This document shows, piece by piece, positions 41,186 to 54,244 of a stretch of 64,000 bases of DNA. This DNA is from Eledone cirrhosa (taxonomy: Eukaryota). Within the stretch, counting starts at the first letter, position 1. Each line of letters begins with the position of its first letter. A program made the translations under genes and the position numbers. The stretch lies in contig OZ024741.1 of NCBI GenBank assembly GCA_964016885.1, positions 220,658,001-220,722,000 on the forward strand, read 5' to 3'. A model generated the notes under the pieces. The model saw only the letters and a program-made list of their open reading frames with translations. It made no database searches and was not told where the DNA came from.

Positions 41186-44073
41186 TGAAACAAAATGAAA
41201 ACGAAATTTCATTTCTCACTCTTAGTATGGCACTTACTTAAATGTAAGTATGCATGTATACGTACATACATATATGTATACAGACGTACAGTAGCATGCA
41301 CATATATATATATATATACATATATACATACATATGCATACAGGTACACATACATATATGCACGTATCAGTTTAGCGGCGCTTATTATAACGTCGCTTTG
41401 TTCGTTTGTAAACAAACTGAACAGCCTGAATTTATGCCATACGGTGTTAAGGCAACCACGTCACCTTTTTGTTCAACACTGACACAGGAACGATGTACTA
41501 GTTTCAAGCTTGTTAGCTATCATCAGCACCGTTTACCCATCTGCCAGATAGTTGAACGTTCGAAAGTATATACTTTCCTTATGAAAATTAACGGCTGAGC
41601 AGCCTAATTTGCATATTGAGTGAGTTAAATCGGTCAGGCATACCGAAAACGATAAATTGAAACAAAATGAAAACGAAATTTCATTTCTCACTCTTAGTAT
41701 GGCACTTACTTAAATGTAAGTATGCATGTATACGTACATACATATATGTATACAGACGTACAGTAGCATGCACATATATATATATATATATACATATATA
41801 CATACATATGCATACAGGTACACATACATATATGCACGTATCAGTTTAGCGGCGCTTATTATAACGTCGCTTTGTTCGTTTGTAAACAAACTGAACAGCC
41901 TGAATTTATGCCATACGGTGTTAAGGCAACCACGTCACCTTTTTGTTCAACACTGACACAGGAACGATGTACTAGTTTCAAGCTTGTTAGCTATCATCAG
42001 CACCGTTTACCCATCTGCCAGATAGTTGAACGTTCGAAAGTATATACTTTCCTTATGAAAATTAACGGCTGAGCAGCCTAATTTGCATATTGAGTGAGTT
42101 AAATCGGTCAGGCATACCGAAAACGATAAATTGAAACAAAATGAAAACGAAATTTCATTTCTCACTCTTAGTATGGCACTTACTTAAATGTAAGTATGCA
42201 TGTATACGTACATACATATATGTATACAGACGTACAGTAGCATGCACATATATATATATATATATACATATATACATACATATGCATACAGGTACACATA
42301 CATATATGCACGTATCAGTTTAGCGGCGCTTATTATAACGTCGCTTTGTTCGTTTGTAAACAAACTGAACAGCCTGAATTTATGCCATACGGTGTTAAGG
42401 CAACCACGTCACCTTTTTGTTCAACACTGACACAGGAACGATGTACTAGTTTCAAGCTTGTTAGCTATCATCAGCACCGTTTACCCATCTGCCAGATAGT
42501 TGAACGTTCGAAAGTATATACTTTCCTTATGAAAATTAACGGCTGAGCAGCCTAATTTGCATATTGAGTGAGTTAAATCGGTCAGGCATACCGAAAACGA
42601 TAAATTGAAACAAAATGAAAACGAAATTTCATTTCTCACTCTTAGTATGGCACTTACTTAAATGTAAGTATGCATGTATACGTACATACATATATGTATA
42701 CAGACGTACAGTAGCATGCACATATATATATATATATACATATATACATACATATGCATACAGGTACACATACATATATGCACGTATCAGTTTAGCGGCG
42801 CTTATTATAACGTCGCTTTGTTCGTTTGTAAACAAACTGAACAGCCTGAATTTATGCCATACGGTGTTAAGGCAACCACGTCACCTTTTTGTTCAACACT
42901 GACACAGGAACGATGTACTAGTTTCAAGCTTGTTAGCTATCATCAGCACCGTTTACCCATCTGCCAGATAGTTGAACGTTCGAAAGTATATACTTTCCTT
43001 ATGAAAATTAACGGCTGAGCAGCCTAATTTGCATATTGAGTGAGTTAAATCGGTCAGGCATACCGAAAACGATAAATTGAAACAAAATGAAAACGAAATT
43101 TCATTTCTCACTCTTAGTATGGCACTTACTTAAATGTAAGTATGCATGTATACGTACATACATATATGTATACAGACGTACAGTAGCATGCACATATATA
43201 TATATATATACATACATATGCATACAGGTACACATACATATATGCACGTATCAGTTTAGCGGCGCTTATTATAACGTCGCTTTGTTCGTTTGTAAACAAA
43301 CTGAACAGCCTGAATTTATGCCATACGGTGTTAAGGCAACCACGTCACCTTTTTGTTCAACACTGACACAGGAACGATGTACTAGTTTCAAGCTTGTTAG
43401 CTATCATCAGCACCGTTTACCCATCTGCCAGATAGTTGAACGTTCGAAAGTATATACTTTCCTTATGAAAATTAACGGCTGAGCAGCCTAATTTGCATAT
43501 TGAGTGAGTTAAATCGGTCAGGCATACCGAAAACGATAAATTGAAACAAAATGAAAACGAAATTTCATTTCTCACTCTTAGTATGGCACTTACTTAAATG
43601 TAAGTATGCATGTATACGTACATACATATATGTATACAGACGTACAGTAGCATGCACATATATATATATATATACATACATATGCATACAGGTACACATA
43701 CATATATGCACGTATCAGTTTAGCGGCGCTTATTATAACGTCGCTTTGTTCGTTTGTAAACAAACTGAACAGCCTGAATTTATGCCATACGGTGTTAAGG
43801 CAACCACGTCACCTTTTTGTTCAACACTGACACAGGAACGATGTACTAGTTTCAAGCTTGTTAGCTATCATCAGCACCGTTTACCCATCTGCCAGATAGT
43901 TGAACGTTCGAAAGTATATACTTTCCTTATGAAAATTAACGGCTGAGCAGCCTAATTTGCATATTGAGTGAGTTAAATCGGTCAGGCATACCGAAAACGA
44001 TAAACTGAAACAAAATGAAAACGAAATTTCATTTCTCACTCTTAGTATGGCACTTACTTAAATGTAAGTATGC

Positions 44074-44078
<5 letters not shown>
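41181..44078 (-). mobile_element. Retrozyme-like tandem array 2: six near-identical units of 464-474 bp plus a partial seventh
   Basis: Unit recurs at 41195, 41667, 42141, 42615, 43087, 43551, 44015; hammerheads at 41490-41532, 41964-42006, 42438-42480, 42910-42952, 43374-43416, 43838-43880; (TA)n on both flanks. Confidence 0.9.
41490..41532 (-). ncRNA. Type I hammerhead ribozyme (array 2, unit 1)
   Basis: acggtg-CTGATGA-t-agct-aaca-agct-t-GAAA-ctag-TA-catcgt; intact core, GUA cleavage triplet. Confidence 0.9.
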
Positions 44079-44114
<36 letters not shown>

Positions 44115-44121
<7 letters not shown>

Positions 44122-44292
44122 AGTTCATAGGTTGACTATGAAGGAGTGATGCTAAAGCTGTCAAATATTGCATTATTACGTTCAACTCCTCTTATTAATA
44201 ACTACATCTTTCAATGCTACAAAATAAACCTCATTTGGTCATTCCATGGGAGTATCTTGGTCAACCCAGGATGTTTTCAGCCGACACTCGTA
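44115..44292. mobile_element. Mariner-type MITE (left TIR truncated); related fragment 40722-40779
   Basis: TGAAAAGTTC.. at left and TTTTCAGCCGACACTCG|TA at right; shared AAATAAACCTCATTTG.TCATTCCATG.GAGTATCTTGGTCA. Confidence 0.55.
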
Positions 44293-44984
44293 TGAGTCTT
44301 GAATAAGAACATTTCATTAGTTTTCAATGTTCTGTTGATGGAAGAGGAGCAAGAGATATGATATATACCTCAATAAAATTGTCAAACAGGTCCTTCAGTT
44401 AGTAATTGGAAACATACAAAATTTAGATTAAGAAAGAATGGAATGTAAAATAATAAAATAAAATATGAAAACACGGAAAAGCAAAGACACTAATGTCACA
44501 GAAAGAAGTGGAGCGGGATAGTGATTGGGCTCTGGGCCTAGGGTACCGTGGTAATGAGGGTGCGCCCCGCAGACAGGACCGCAAAAGCATTCTCGCGGAA
44601 AATCGCCAGCGACACCCGCTGACAGCCACCCCACCTCACGGAGTTCCTTACCGCAGACGTTCCGATCTTGTGGAGAAACTTAACTATACTGGATCCAAGT
44701 ATGCCTAAGCTCTCGACGGTCACCAGTGCGAAGCGGAAGCGGTCGAACAATCCACAGATATAGTTCAAACCTGCAGATAGTGATACATACTGAAGAGATA
44801 ATATCCGCAACGAAGATCAATCACAGTGGAAAGGTGATTCGTGTGTCAAAGACAACCAATCAATCGAAGAATGGACGAGATATATATTACAAAATTGCTT
44901 ATCTGAAAGATTCCCTTGTAACATTCATAAAGGTTGAATTTCATATTATTTAGAAGTTACATACTCAGAACATTAATCAGTATA

Positions 44985-45283
44985 CATTGAGGATGACGAA
45001 CTCAGAGCTGTACGGGAGCCTCCCAAACGTCAGCTCAAAAGTAACACAGAGGAGATTGAGGTTAGCTGGACATGCTCACCGACATCCAGTGCTCCTGTGG
45101 GAACCCATGCATGGACACACTGGAAGAGGAAGACCAAGATTAACATATGGTGATGCCCCAAGGAGAGACACTCATCTCTTGGCGACGCACGACATGGCAG
45201 CGATGATGAGGGGACAGAGATCACTGGAGAGAACTCGTCCATGGATCTCGGGAATTTTACCCGCTCTAGACAGATAGATAGAT
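44985..45283 (+). mobile_element. RTE-group LINE 3' fragment
   Basis: TNSELYG..RRLRLAGH..LLWEP.HG..GRGRPRLTY, typical of RTE/RTEX C-termini; ends in (GATA)n. Confidence 0.75.
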
Positions 45284-45669
45284 ACTTTGAGATTCGACTG
45301 GGATGGAAATGTTGTAAAGTATTGTTTTTTTATAGATTGAGCGCAGTTAAAGCAGTAAAGGACTGATGAAGCTGGGAATAGCTGAGTCTGTAGCATATAT
45401 ATGACACACCCATGGCTACTTTCACTTTCATTTCCTTTTACTCTTATCTGCTAACATTTCTGACAGATGAACATAATGATTGCTTGCCTGAGAAAAACAA
45501 CGTATAGAGGTATCTTGTTTGCGTGGTAGCCAAAGAGTCGGTAAAATCCAGCACCACCCACAACAAACTCCCTCTCTATCCGCAACACTGTGGTGTGAAA
45601 GGGTTGTGGGAGACAATATTCAGCTTTTCGACCAAGAACCGAAGTCGGTTTAAAAAGGACTCATTTTTA

Positions 45670-45720
<51 letters not shown>

Positions 45721-45968
45721 TGTTTCATGGTGAGAAATCATCAGGAAGTAATCATCAGTATATATATATATATATATATAACGAAGGAAATGTGGTAAGG
45801 AATCAGGTGGACCATAACGCACCAAAGTACTCAATACTTAGGGTAGTAGAGTGGGTAATAGGAACGAGTAGAACCCCGACGGCTGAGCTCAAGCCGTTTC
45901 GACGGCTGATTCAGTCCAGAATTAGCCGTCGAAACGGCTTGAGCTCAGCCGTCGGGGTCCTACTCGTT

Positions 45969-46076
<108 letters not shown>

Positions 46077-46112
46077 TATATATACTGTTTCATGCGTGAG
46101 AAATCATCAAGG

Positions 46113-46167
46113 AGAGCTTCCTGATGAGTTCTCACGAATGAAACAGTTCTAGTCCTGTAGAAGCTTT
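46113..46167 (+). ncRNA. Complete type I hammerhead ribozyme
   Basis: agcttc-CTGATGA-gttc-tcac-gaat-GAAA-cag-ttctagtc-ctg-TA-gaagct. Confidence 0.8.
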
Positions 46168-46407
46168 TCTATATTAAATATATATAACTTTGCCTTTCAT
46201 CCTTACGGGGTCGATAAAATAAAGTACCAGTAATGTACTGGGTAATTGCTGGCCTTGTGTCAAAAGTAGAAACAATTATATATATGTATATATATATTAA
46301 AGTGTTAAACAATATTCAATGAGTATGTCAAAGAATGAGTTTTACAGTAGATTGGAAGCACTCTACGGAAAAATAATTTTCCGGAGTTATTAATATTAAA
46401 ATATAAT

Positions 46408-46670
46408 TATTAATAAAATAGATGTTCTTTTGATCAATTACATTTTATTATACATATTTGGGATGTACAACAGTACATCCTCATCAGACAAAATATAATG
46501 ATACATGACATACCCTGAGATGTTAAATGGTTAAGATTTAATTAAATTACCTTTAACATCTCAGAGTATGTCATGTATCATTATATTTTGTCTGATGAGC
46601 ATGTACTGTTGTACATCCGAAATATGTATAATAAAATGTAATTGATCAAAAGAACATCTATTTTATTAAT
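46408..46670. ncRNA. Fold-back with a hammerhead in each arm (plus copy 46585-46637)
   Basis: attttgt-CTGATGA-gcatgtac-tgtt-gtacatcc-GAAA-tatgta-TA-ataaaat; minus-arm copy has GAAA changed to CAAA. Confidence 0.8.
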
Positions 46671-47759
46671 ATTTATATTTTAATATATATATATATATAT
46701 ATATTAGAAAGTGAGGTTTTTTTACAAAATGAAAAATAACCGAGGTGTCCTACACGAGTGAAAGTATAAAGAAAAAAAGATGAAATCGAAAATGCAACTC
46801 CTTTATTTTTTTTTAAATATATATACTTATTTGGTTCCTTTACCGGTTTCGCTGTTCTTCTGCTTTTCAAAGGTGAGAAAAATCAGACCCTCCATCTCAA
46901 CTCTACCTTTGAAAAGCAGAAGAACCTGAAATAGCAGTCAGGTTGGTTATAGCATACGTGGTATGTCTTTCTTCTTCTTTGGTGTTATAAAATTAGTATC
47001 AATAAACTTTCCTGGATATACTCTTATCCCAATCCTGTACATACTTTCCGATTGTCACTTCGTTTTTTTTTCGTGTGATACGCTATTTTTATATATATAT
47101 TTTTAATATTTTTACTTCTGACATTATTTTCCTAATGATACCCCTCTAAATATATTCTTTTAGGTATAGATTGATAATCTTTAATTGACATTCTGAAAAT
47201 GTATCCTTTACGATAGTTCTTCGAAAAGCACATTACGTTTTTCCTCTCCTTTTGATCTTCAAACTTTCACACATCTTTCGACTAAAATAATTATTCTCAC
47301 ACAAAATAATATATAATTTTCTCTATATATTTCCTGAGTAAATCATTCTTCAATTTTAATGGTTGACAAACAAGATTGTAGTTATCTTTCCCTTTTCAAT
47401 CGTGCAAACATAAAAATAATATATGTACGATAAACTATATAACTTCGCTAAATTAACAATATTCTGAAAACATTTTCAATGTTGGAACAAAATATTCGAA
47501 TCTACAAATTATTCTCCTCTCCCAACTTGAACCACCTGTTTTTTATGTAAAATGCAAAATCAACACCCTTCGTAACTCATATTTGAAATGTAAACAACTA
47601 ATAAGTGTAAATTATTTCTATCTCTATAATACTTAAACATGCACAATTATTAATCTATATAGATATTTATATACTTATAACCTATTGTAACGTAATAAGA
47701 TAAAATATACTTACAACCATAATTCTTCATATAATCTAATTGATTATATATACAATATA

Positions 47760-47944
47760 TAATTGTTTCTACTATTGGCACAAGGCTAGCATATTACATT
47801 ACTGGTACTTTATTTTATCGACCGCGTAAGGATAAAAGGCAAAGTTAACCTCGGCGGGATTTGAACACAGAATGGCAAGGGCCGTAACTCTATGCGTCAA
47901 AGCATGGCGTCCGACCCTCTACCGATACCGCCAATCCACTGCCA
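47760..47944 (-). mobile_element. SINE family A
   Basis: Matches 34178-34368; TTATATACAATATATAAT-like direct repeats flank it. Confidence 0.85.
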
Positions 47945-48311
47945 TATGTTATATACAATATATAATATAGCTAAATATACGATATATAATATAGCTAAAT
48001 AAATTTAAATTCTGGAATCATATTCCACCATTCCCCCCCAAGTTGTTAATTCCTTTTAAATTAACGTAAATACGAGTTCTTCTTCCTTTTTCTCCTACTT
48101 CTTACTCATACATATATCCTAATTATTTAAATTCTGCATAGCGTCTAAAATGATGTTTTTTCAGCCCTATACCTCAAACTTATTTGCATACTCATCTTAA
48201 TAATTTGAAATATCTGACTTTTCTTCTCTTATCCCTTCACTATCCAAGGAAAAGTTGAACCGTTCAGGTATCTTTTCATGGTTATGTAAAAATGTATAAA
48301 ACAAACTTCGT

Positions 48312-48370
48312 ATTTTATCTGATGAAAGCGTACCAAAGTTTTGGTTTCCTTGAAATATATATAATAGAAT
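48312..48370 (+). ncRNA. Hammerhead-like motif
   Basis: tttat-CTGATGA-aag..ctt-GAAA-tatata-TA-ataga. Confidence 0.55.
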
Positions 48371-48435
48371 AAATATGGTTTTATAAATATAGTTTCCATT
48401 TATTTAATATCATTGTATATATATTTATATATATT

Positions 48436-48486
<51 letters not shown>

Positions 48487-48527
48487 CATATATATATATA
48501 TTTTTTATTTTTGTATATATATGTATT

Positions 48528-48567
<40 letters not shown>

Positions 48568-48584
48568 TTATATTATATATATTA

Positions 48585-48671
<87 letters not shown>

Positions 48672-48677
48672 ATATAT

Positions 48678-48709
<32 letters not shown>

Positions 48710-48808
48710 ATATATATTATATATATTTATATATATTATATATAAATATATATATATATTACATATATATATATATTATTATATATATATATATATAATA
48801 TACAATAT

Positions 48809-48842
<34 letters not shown>

Positions 48843-48868
48843 CATATATATATTACATATATATATAT

Positions 48869-48922
<54 letters not shown>

Positions 48923-48925
48923 TTA

Positions 48926-50293
48926 TCTATAAAAGGCAGATTGTTGTTGTTGTTGTGTGTGTGCATGTTCCATGTTTATACATTTGCACAATTTGAAACC
49001 GATTCGACTGAAAGTCGGTAAGAATGTTGTAAATGGTCTAAGTTAGGTCATCGACTATTTATTTCATTCAGACTCACCCACAATTACGGAAATAATCCAT
49101 AAAACTAAATACATGACGCTTTACCCCTCTAATACAATCAGATAACCTCTCTCTACTCCCCTTAAACTTTGAGAGAGAGAGTGAGTGAGAGGGAGAGAGA
49201 GGGAACGTTTGTTTTTGAGGGTGGAACAGTCAAACATTTATTTACTTCAATGACAAAGAGAACTTATTACATTTCATACGAAACAACAATTATTCAAAAG
49301 CAACAGATAAACTTATTCAACAACAAAAAAAAATAGCGATAATTCTTTTTTAAAACATCTATCAACGAACGTGGAAGAAAGAAGTATCAGTTCATATACT
49401 ATACACAATAATATCCTCTATGTGGTCACTAAACCTGCTAGAAACAGCAGCTAACTCTCCCCCATATCACACCACTCCCTACTCTCTTAAATTTAGAAAA
49501 CATATTCTCTATGAGGTCACTAAACCTGCTAGAAACAGCAGCTAACTCTCCCCCATATTCAAAAGCAATAGATAAATTTATTCAACAACAAAAAAAATAG
49601 TGATAAATCTTTTTAAAACATCTATCAACGAACGTGGAAGAAAGAAGTATCAGTTCATTTACTATACACAATAATATCCTCTATGTGGTCACTAAACCTG
49701 CTAGAAACAGCAGCTAACTCTCCCCCATCAGACACCACTCCCTACTCTCTTAAATTTAGAAAACATATCCTCTATGAGGTCACTAAACCTGCTAGAAACA
49801 GCAGCTAACTCTCCCCCATATTCAAAAGCAACAGATAAATTTATTCAACAACAAAAATAGTGATAAATCTTTTTTAAAACATCTATCAACGAATGTGGAA
49901 GAAAGAAGTATCAGTTCATTTACTATACACAATAATATCCTCTATGTGGTCAGTAAACCTGCTAGAAACAGCAGCTAACTCTCCCCCATAACACACCCCT
50001 CCCTACTGTCTTAAATTTAGAAAACACACATTAGACAACTATGCAGAACAACTCCATCGCAGCTCTGTTGTTCGGCTGGCATCGTCTACGCGCGTGTTGC
50101 GCAAGTACTGTGAAACAATAAATTTCAACACTTCTTTGCACAGAGATAATATCCATAGGCGAAACTACAATTGTCACTGCTGGCGCAGTTCCTGCTTCGG
50201 CAGTCCAGGTCTGCAATTCATTCACCTAGTGCCTGGCATACAAAAAAGTGCACCCATTTACTGACCCCGAAAAACGCCCGGCTTTAATGCTAG
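48926..50293 (+). mobile_element. Non-autonomous Helitron with internal tandem repeats (~49295-50025, ~265-bp composite unit)
   Basis: 5' A|TCTATAAAAGG + (GTT/GT)n + ACCGATT; 3' degenerate GC hairpin CCCCGAAAAACGCCCGG then CTAG|T at 50290-50293. Confidence 0.65.
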
Positions 50294-50464
50294 TATATAT
50301 ATATAACGAAGGAAATGTGGGAAGGAACCAGATAGACCATAACGCACCAAAGTACTCAATACTTAGGGTAGTAGAATGGGTAATAGGAACAAGTATGAGC
50401 CCGACGGCAGAGCTCAAGCCGTTCCGTCGAAACGGCTTGAGCTCTGCCGTCGGGGTCATACTTG

Positions 50465-50537
<73 letters not shown>

Positions 50538-50546
<9 letters not shown>

Positions 50547-51135
50547 TGAGGATGTCTGTCTGTGTGTGTGTGAGTTCAAATCCCTAAAACTCGAGAACCA
50601 CCAAACCGACTGTTTTCAAACTTTACACATGTAATACTTATGTTTCAGGAAGTGTTCTGAGCAAAGGAAAATTTCAAATTTTCAATGCCCTGGGGACCAT
50701 ATTAGGCGATTTAGCGATCTCGCTCTATAATTCTTAGTCTTTCTCTTTTTAGATAGATACATACATATAACTGTTTCTACTTTAGGCACAAGACCAGCAA
50801 TTATCCAGTGCATTACTGGTACTTTATTTTATCGACCCCGTAAGGATGAAAGGCAAAGTCAACCTCGGCGGGATTTGAACTCAGATCGTAAAGGGACGTA
50901 ACTATGCTGGAAAGCATGGCGTCCGACCCTCCACCGATACTGCCAATCCACCATACATATAACATTAGGTGAAAACATGCATTTTTCCTGCTTCATCGAG
51001 GAAAATCTTGAAGATTATGCAGCCATCAGAGTATTCGGTTTATTTTCTTTACATATTGTTTTTCCACGATTAGGTCTGTTGGTGGCCCGTGTTCCAAAAT
51101 ACCTTATCCCGTGCAACGCCGGGTACCACTGCTAG
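50538..51135 (+). mobile_element. Non-autonomous Helitron with nested SINE A (50770-50953, minus)
   Basis: 5' ATATAAAACTGAGGATGTCTGTCTGTGTG; 3' hairpin CCCGTGCAACGCCGGG then CTAG|T at 51132-51135. Confidence 0.75.
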
Positions 51136-51422
51136 TATTATTTATTTATTTATATATATATATATATGTATATATTATATATATATATATATATTACATA
51201 TATATTTATTGGTATATATATATATATATACATAACGAAGGAGTTGTGGTAAGGAACCAGATGACCATAACGCACCAGAGTGCTCAATACTTAGGGTGGT
51301 AGAGTGGGTAATAGGAAAAAGTATGACCCCGACGGCAGAGCTCAAGCTCTTTCGACGGCTATTTCTGGACTATATATATATATACATATATATATTCCAG
51401 AAATATATACATATATATATAA

Positions 51423-51558
<136 letters not shown>

Positions 51559-51564
51559 TACATA

Positions 51565-51923
51565 CTTGTTATTTGATGTAGAATGTAATGGTGTAAAACG
51601 TAATGGTTAGCGTCGTTATGACTATGTTTGTTGTTGTATAAATTGATGTGTTGCTTAGTTTTCAAAGATTAAGTCGCGTTCCTGAACGAAGTTTTGTCGC
51701 TGTTAGAGTTTCAGAAGAGATTGAGTGGGTTACAGCATGTATTTAGTTTTATCGGTTTTTTCATAGAAGCAGGAGATTTTTGGAAAAGTTTATTACGCGT
51801 TGACCATCGTTGGTAAATTTGGAGCACATTGGAAAAAAATCATCAAAATCGGTAGAGAAATGTGGAAATGCATAAAAATCATACACACACACAGACAGAC
51901 ATCTTCCTTTTTATATATATAGA
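51565..51923 (-). mobile_element. Non-autonomous Helitron 5' portion
   Basis: Minus: TCTATATATATAAAAAGGAAGATGTCTGTCTGTGTG..ACCGATTTTG, same architecture as 50538; no CTAG end seen. Confidence 0.55.
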
Positions 51924-52164
51924 GTTATATATATATATTACATATATATATATATATGCAGATGTGAGAAAAATCACAGACCCTCCATCTCAACTCAACT
52001 TTTGTAAAACAGAAGAACTGCGAAACCGGTAAAGAAACCAAATAAATATATATATATTTTTTTAAATAAGACGCCAGGCGCATTTTGGATTTCGTATCTT
52101 TTTCTTTATACTTTTACTCGTGTAGGACACCTCGGTAATTTTTCATTTTGTAAAAAAACCTCAC

Positions 52165-52268
<104 letters not shown>

Positions 52269-52295
52269 CATATATATATATATATATATATATAT

Positions 52296-52349
<54 letters not shown>

Positions 52350-52356
<7 letters not shown>

Positions 52357-53285
52357 AATTAAGTTAAAGATGTACATCCATATATGTATACTGAAATACT
52401 AGTATGTATATGAATACACATACGTATACATATGTAGATGTACCAAGTTTTTTCACTGGTCACTTTACTGTGAGTGGCCAGCTATTCTGTATGTAAACAC
52501 ACAGACAAACCGGTTTTTAGAGTCATACTGGTTTTTGAGGAAACACCTTTCCTCTATTCTCCAGAAAGCCAGACAAGGAATATTGAACTAGTTTCGTTGT
52601 TGTTACAACTCATCAGCAATATTTACCTATCTTCCGGCCTCTCTAGAGAATCGTAAAAGCACATATCGTTATATGCTTTTTCTATGAAAATTAGTAGTGG
52701 GCAGACTAATTTGCATAGAGTGTGAGTAAGTACCGGTTCAACGGAGACGATAAAAACAAATAACGAAACGAAATTAAATTTCGTTTCGTTTGTAACTCAC
52801 TTTTGTATGACTGACGCTTAAACAATTAAGTTAAAGATGTACATCCATATATGTATACTGAAATACTAGTATGTATATGAATACACACACGTATACATAT
52901 GTAGATGTACCAAGTTTTTGAGTAACAACAACGAAACTAGTTCAATATTCCTTGTCTGTCTTTCTGGAAAATAGAGGAAAGGTGTTTCCTCAAAAACCAG
53001 TATGACTCTAAAAACCGGTTTGTCTGTGTGTTTACATACAGAATAGCTGGCCACTCACAGTAAAGTGACCAGTGAAAAAGCTTGGTACATCTACATATGT
53101 ATACGTGTGTGTATTCATATACATACTAGTATTTCAGTATACATATATGGATGTACATCTTTAACTTAATTGTTTAAGCGTCAGTCATACAAAAGTGAGT
53201 TACAAACGAAACGAAATTTAATTTCGTTTCGTTATTTGTTTTTATCGTCTCCGTTGAACCGGTACTTACTCACACTCTATGCAAA
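52350..53285 (-). mobile_element. Distant retrozyme-family member: ~468-bp unit, 1.2 tandem copies plus an inverted copy (52920-53285)
   Basis: AAACAATTAAGTTAAAGATG at ~52352 and ~52820; hammerhead 52579-52623 aatattg-CTGATGA-gttg..caac-GAAA-ctag-TT-caatatt; ATTTGCAT at 52709-52716. Confidence 0.8.
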
Positions 53286-53335
53286 TTATATATATATATA
53301 TATTACATATATATATATTATATATATATATATAT

Positions 53336-53387
<52 letters not shown>

Positions 53388-53390
<3 letters not shown>

Positions 53391-54065
53391 GGATAAAATG
53401 AAACGAGATTTCATTTCCCACTCTTAGTACGGCTGTTACTTAAATATAAGTACGTATACGTACATACATATAGGTATACAGACGTACAGTAGTATGCATA
53501 TGTATATATACATACATGCACACATATATATATATACGTGTGGATTCACCAAACATTTATTATAATGCTCGGTGTGTTTGTAAACAAACATCCCGTATTA
53601 AGTCGTAGTGTCTAGCAACCACCGTTGCTCGTTTGTTCAACACTGACAAAGGAACGCTGTATCAGTTTCAAGCTTGTTAGCTATCGTCAGCAACGTATAC
53701 CTTCGGCTGAGTAGCCCAATTTGCATATCGAGTGGGTTAATCGGCCAGGTGCACCCTTAATATGCATAAGGAAAGTATATACTTTCGGACGTTCAACCAT
53801 CTGGCAGGAAGGTATACGTTGCTGACGATAGCTAACAAGCTTGAAACTAGTACAGCGTTCCTTTGTCAGTGTTGAACAAAGGAGCAACGGTGGTTGCTAG
53901 TCACTACGGCTTAATACGGGATGTTTGTTTACAAACACATCGAACATTATAATAAATGTTTGTTGAATCCACACGTACATATATATATGTGTGCATGTAT
54001 GTATATATATATATATACATACTACTGTACGTCTGTATACATATATGTATGTACGTATACATACT
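53388..54065. mobile_element. Diverged retrozyme-family copy with inversion; hammerhead 53816-53858 (+)
   Basis: acgttg-CTGACGA-tagctaacaagctt-GAAA-ctag-TA-cagcgt; remainder aligns by eye with the array unit. Confidence 0.85.
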
Positions 54066-54244
54066 TATATATATATATATTACATATATATATATATTAC
54101 ATATATATATATATATATTATATATATATATTACATATATATATATATTTATTATATATATATATATATATTACATATATATATATATATATTATATATA
54201 TATTACATATATATGTATATTATATATAGATATATTACATATAT

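Noticed and set aside
41195-43946. Repeated ORFs [16 protein letters not shown]../..FLMKING
   Set aside because: Reading frame changes with (TA)n length between units; conservation follows RNA pairing on the opposite strand
46950-48300. Possible ancient PLE coding remnant upstream of the 48312 motif
   Set aside because: Could not recover convincing motifs by eye; needs tblastx or HMM search
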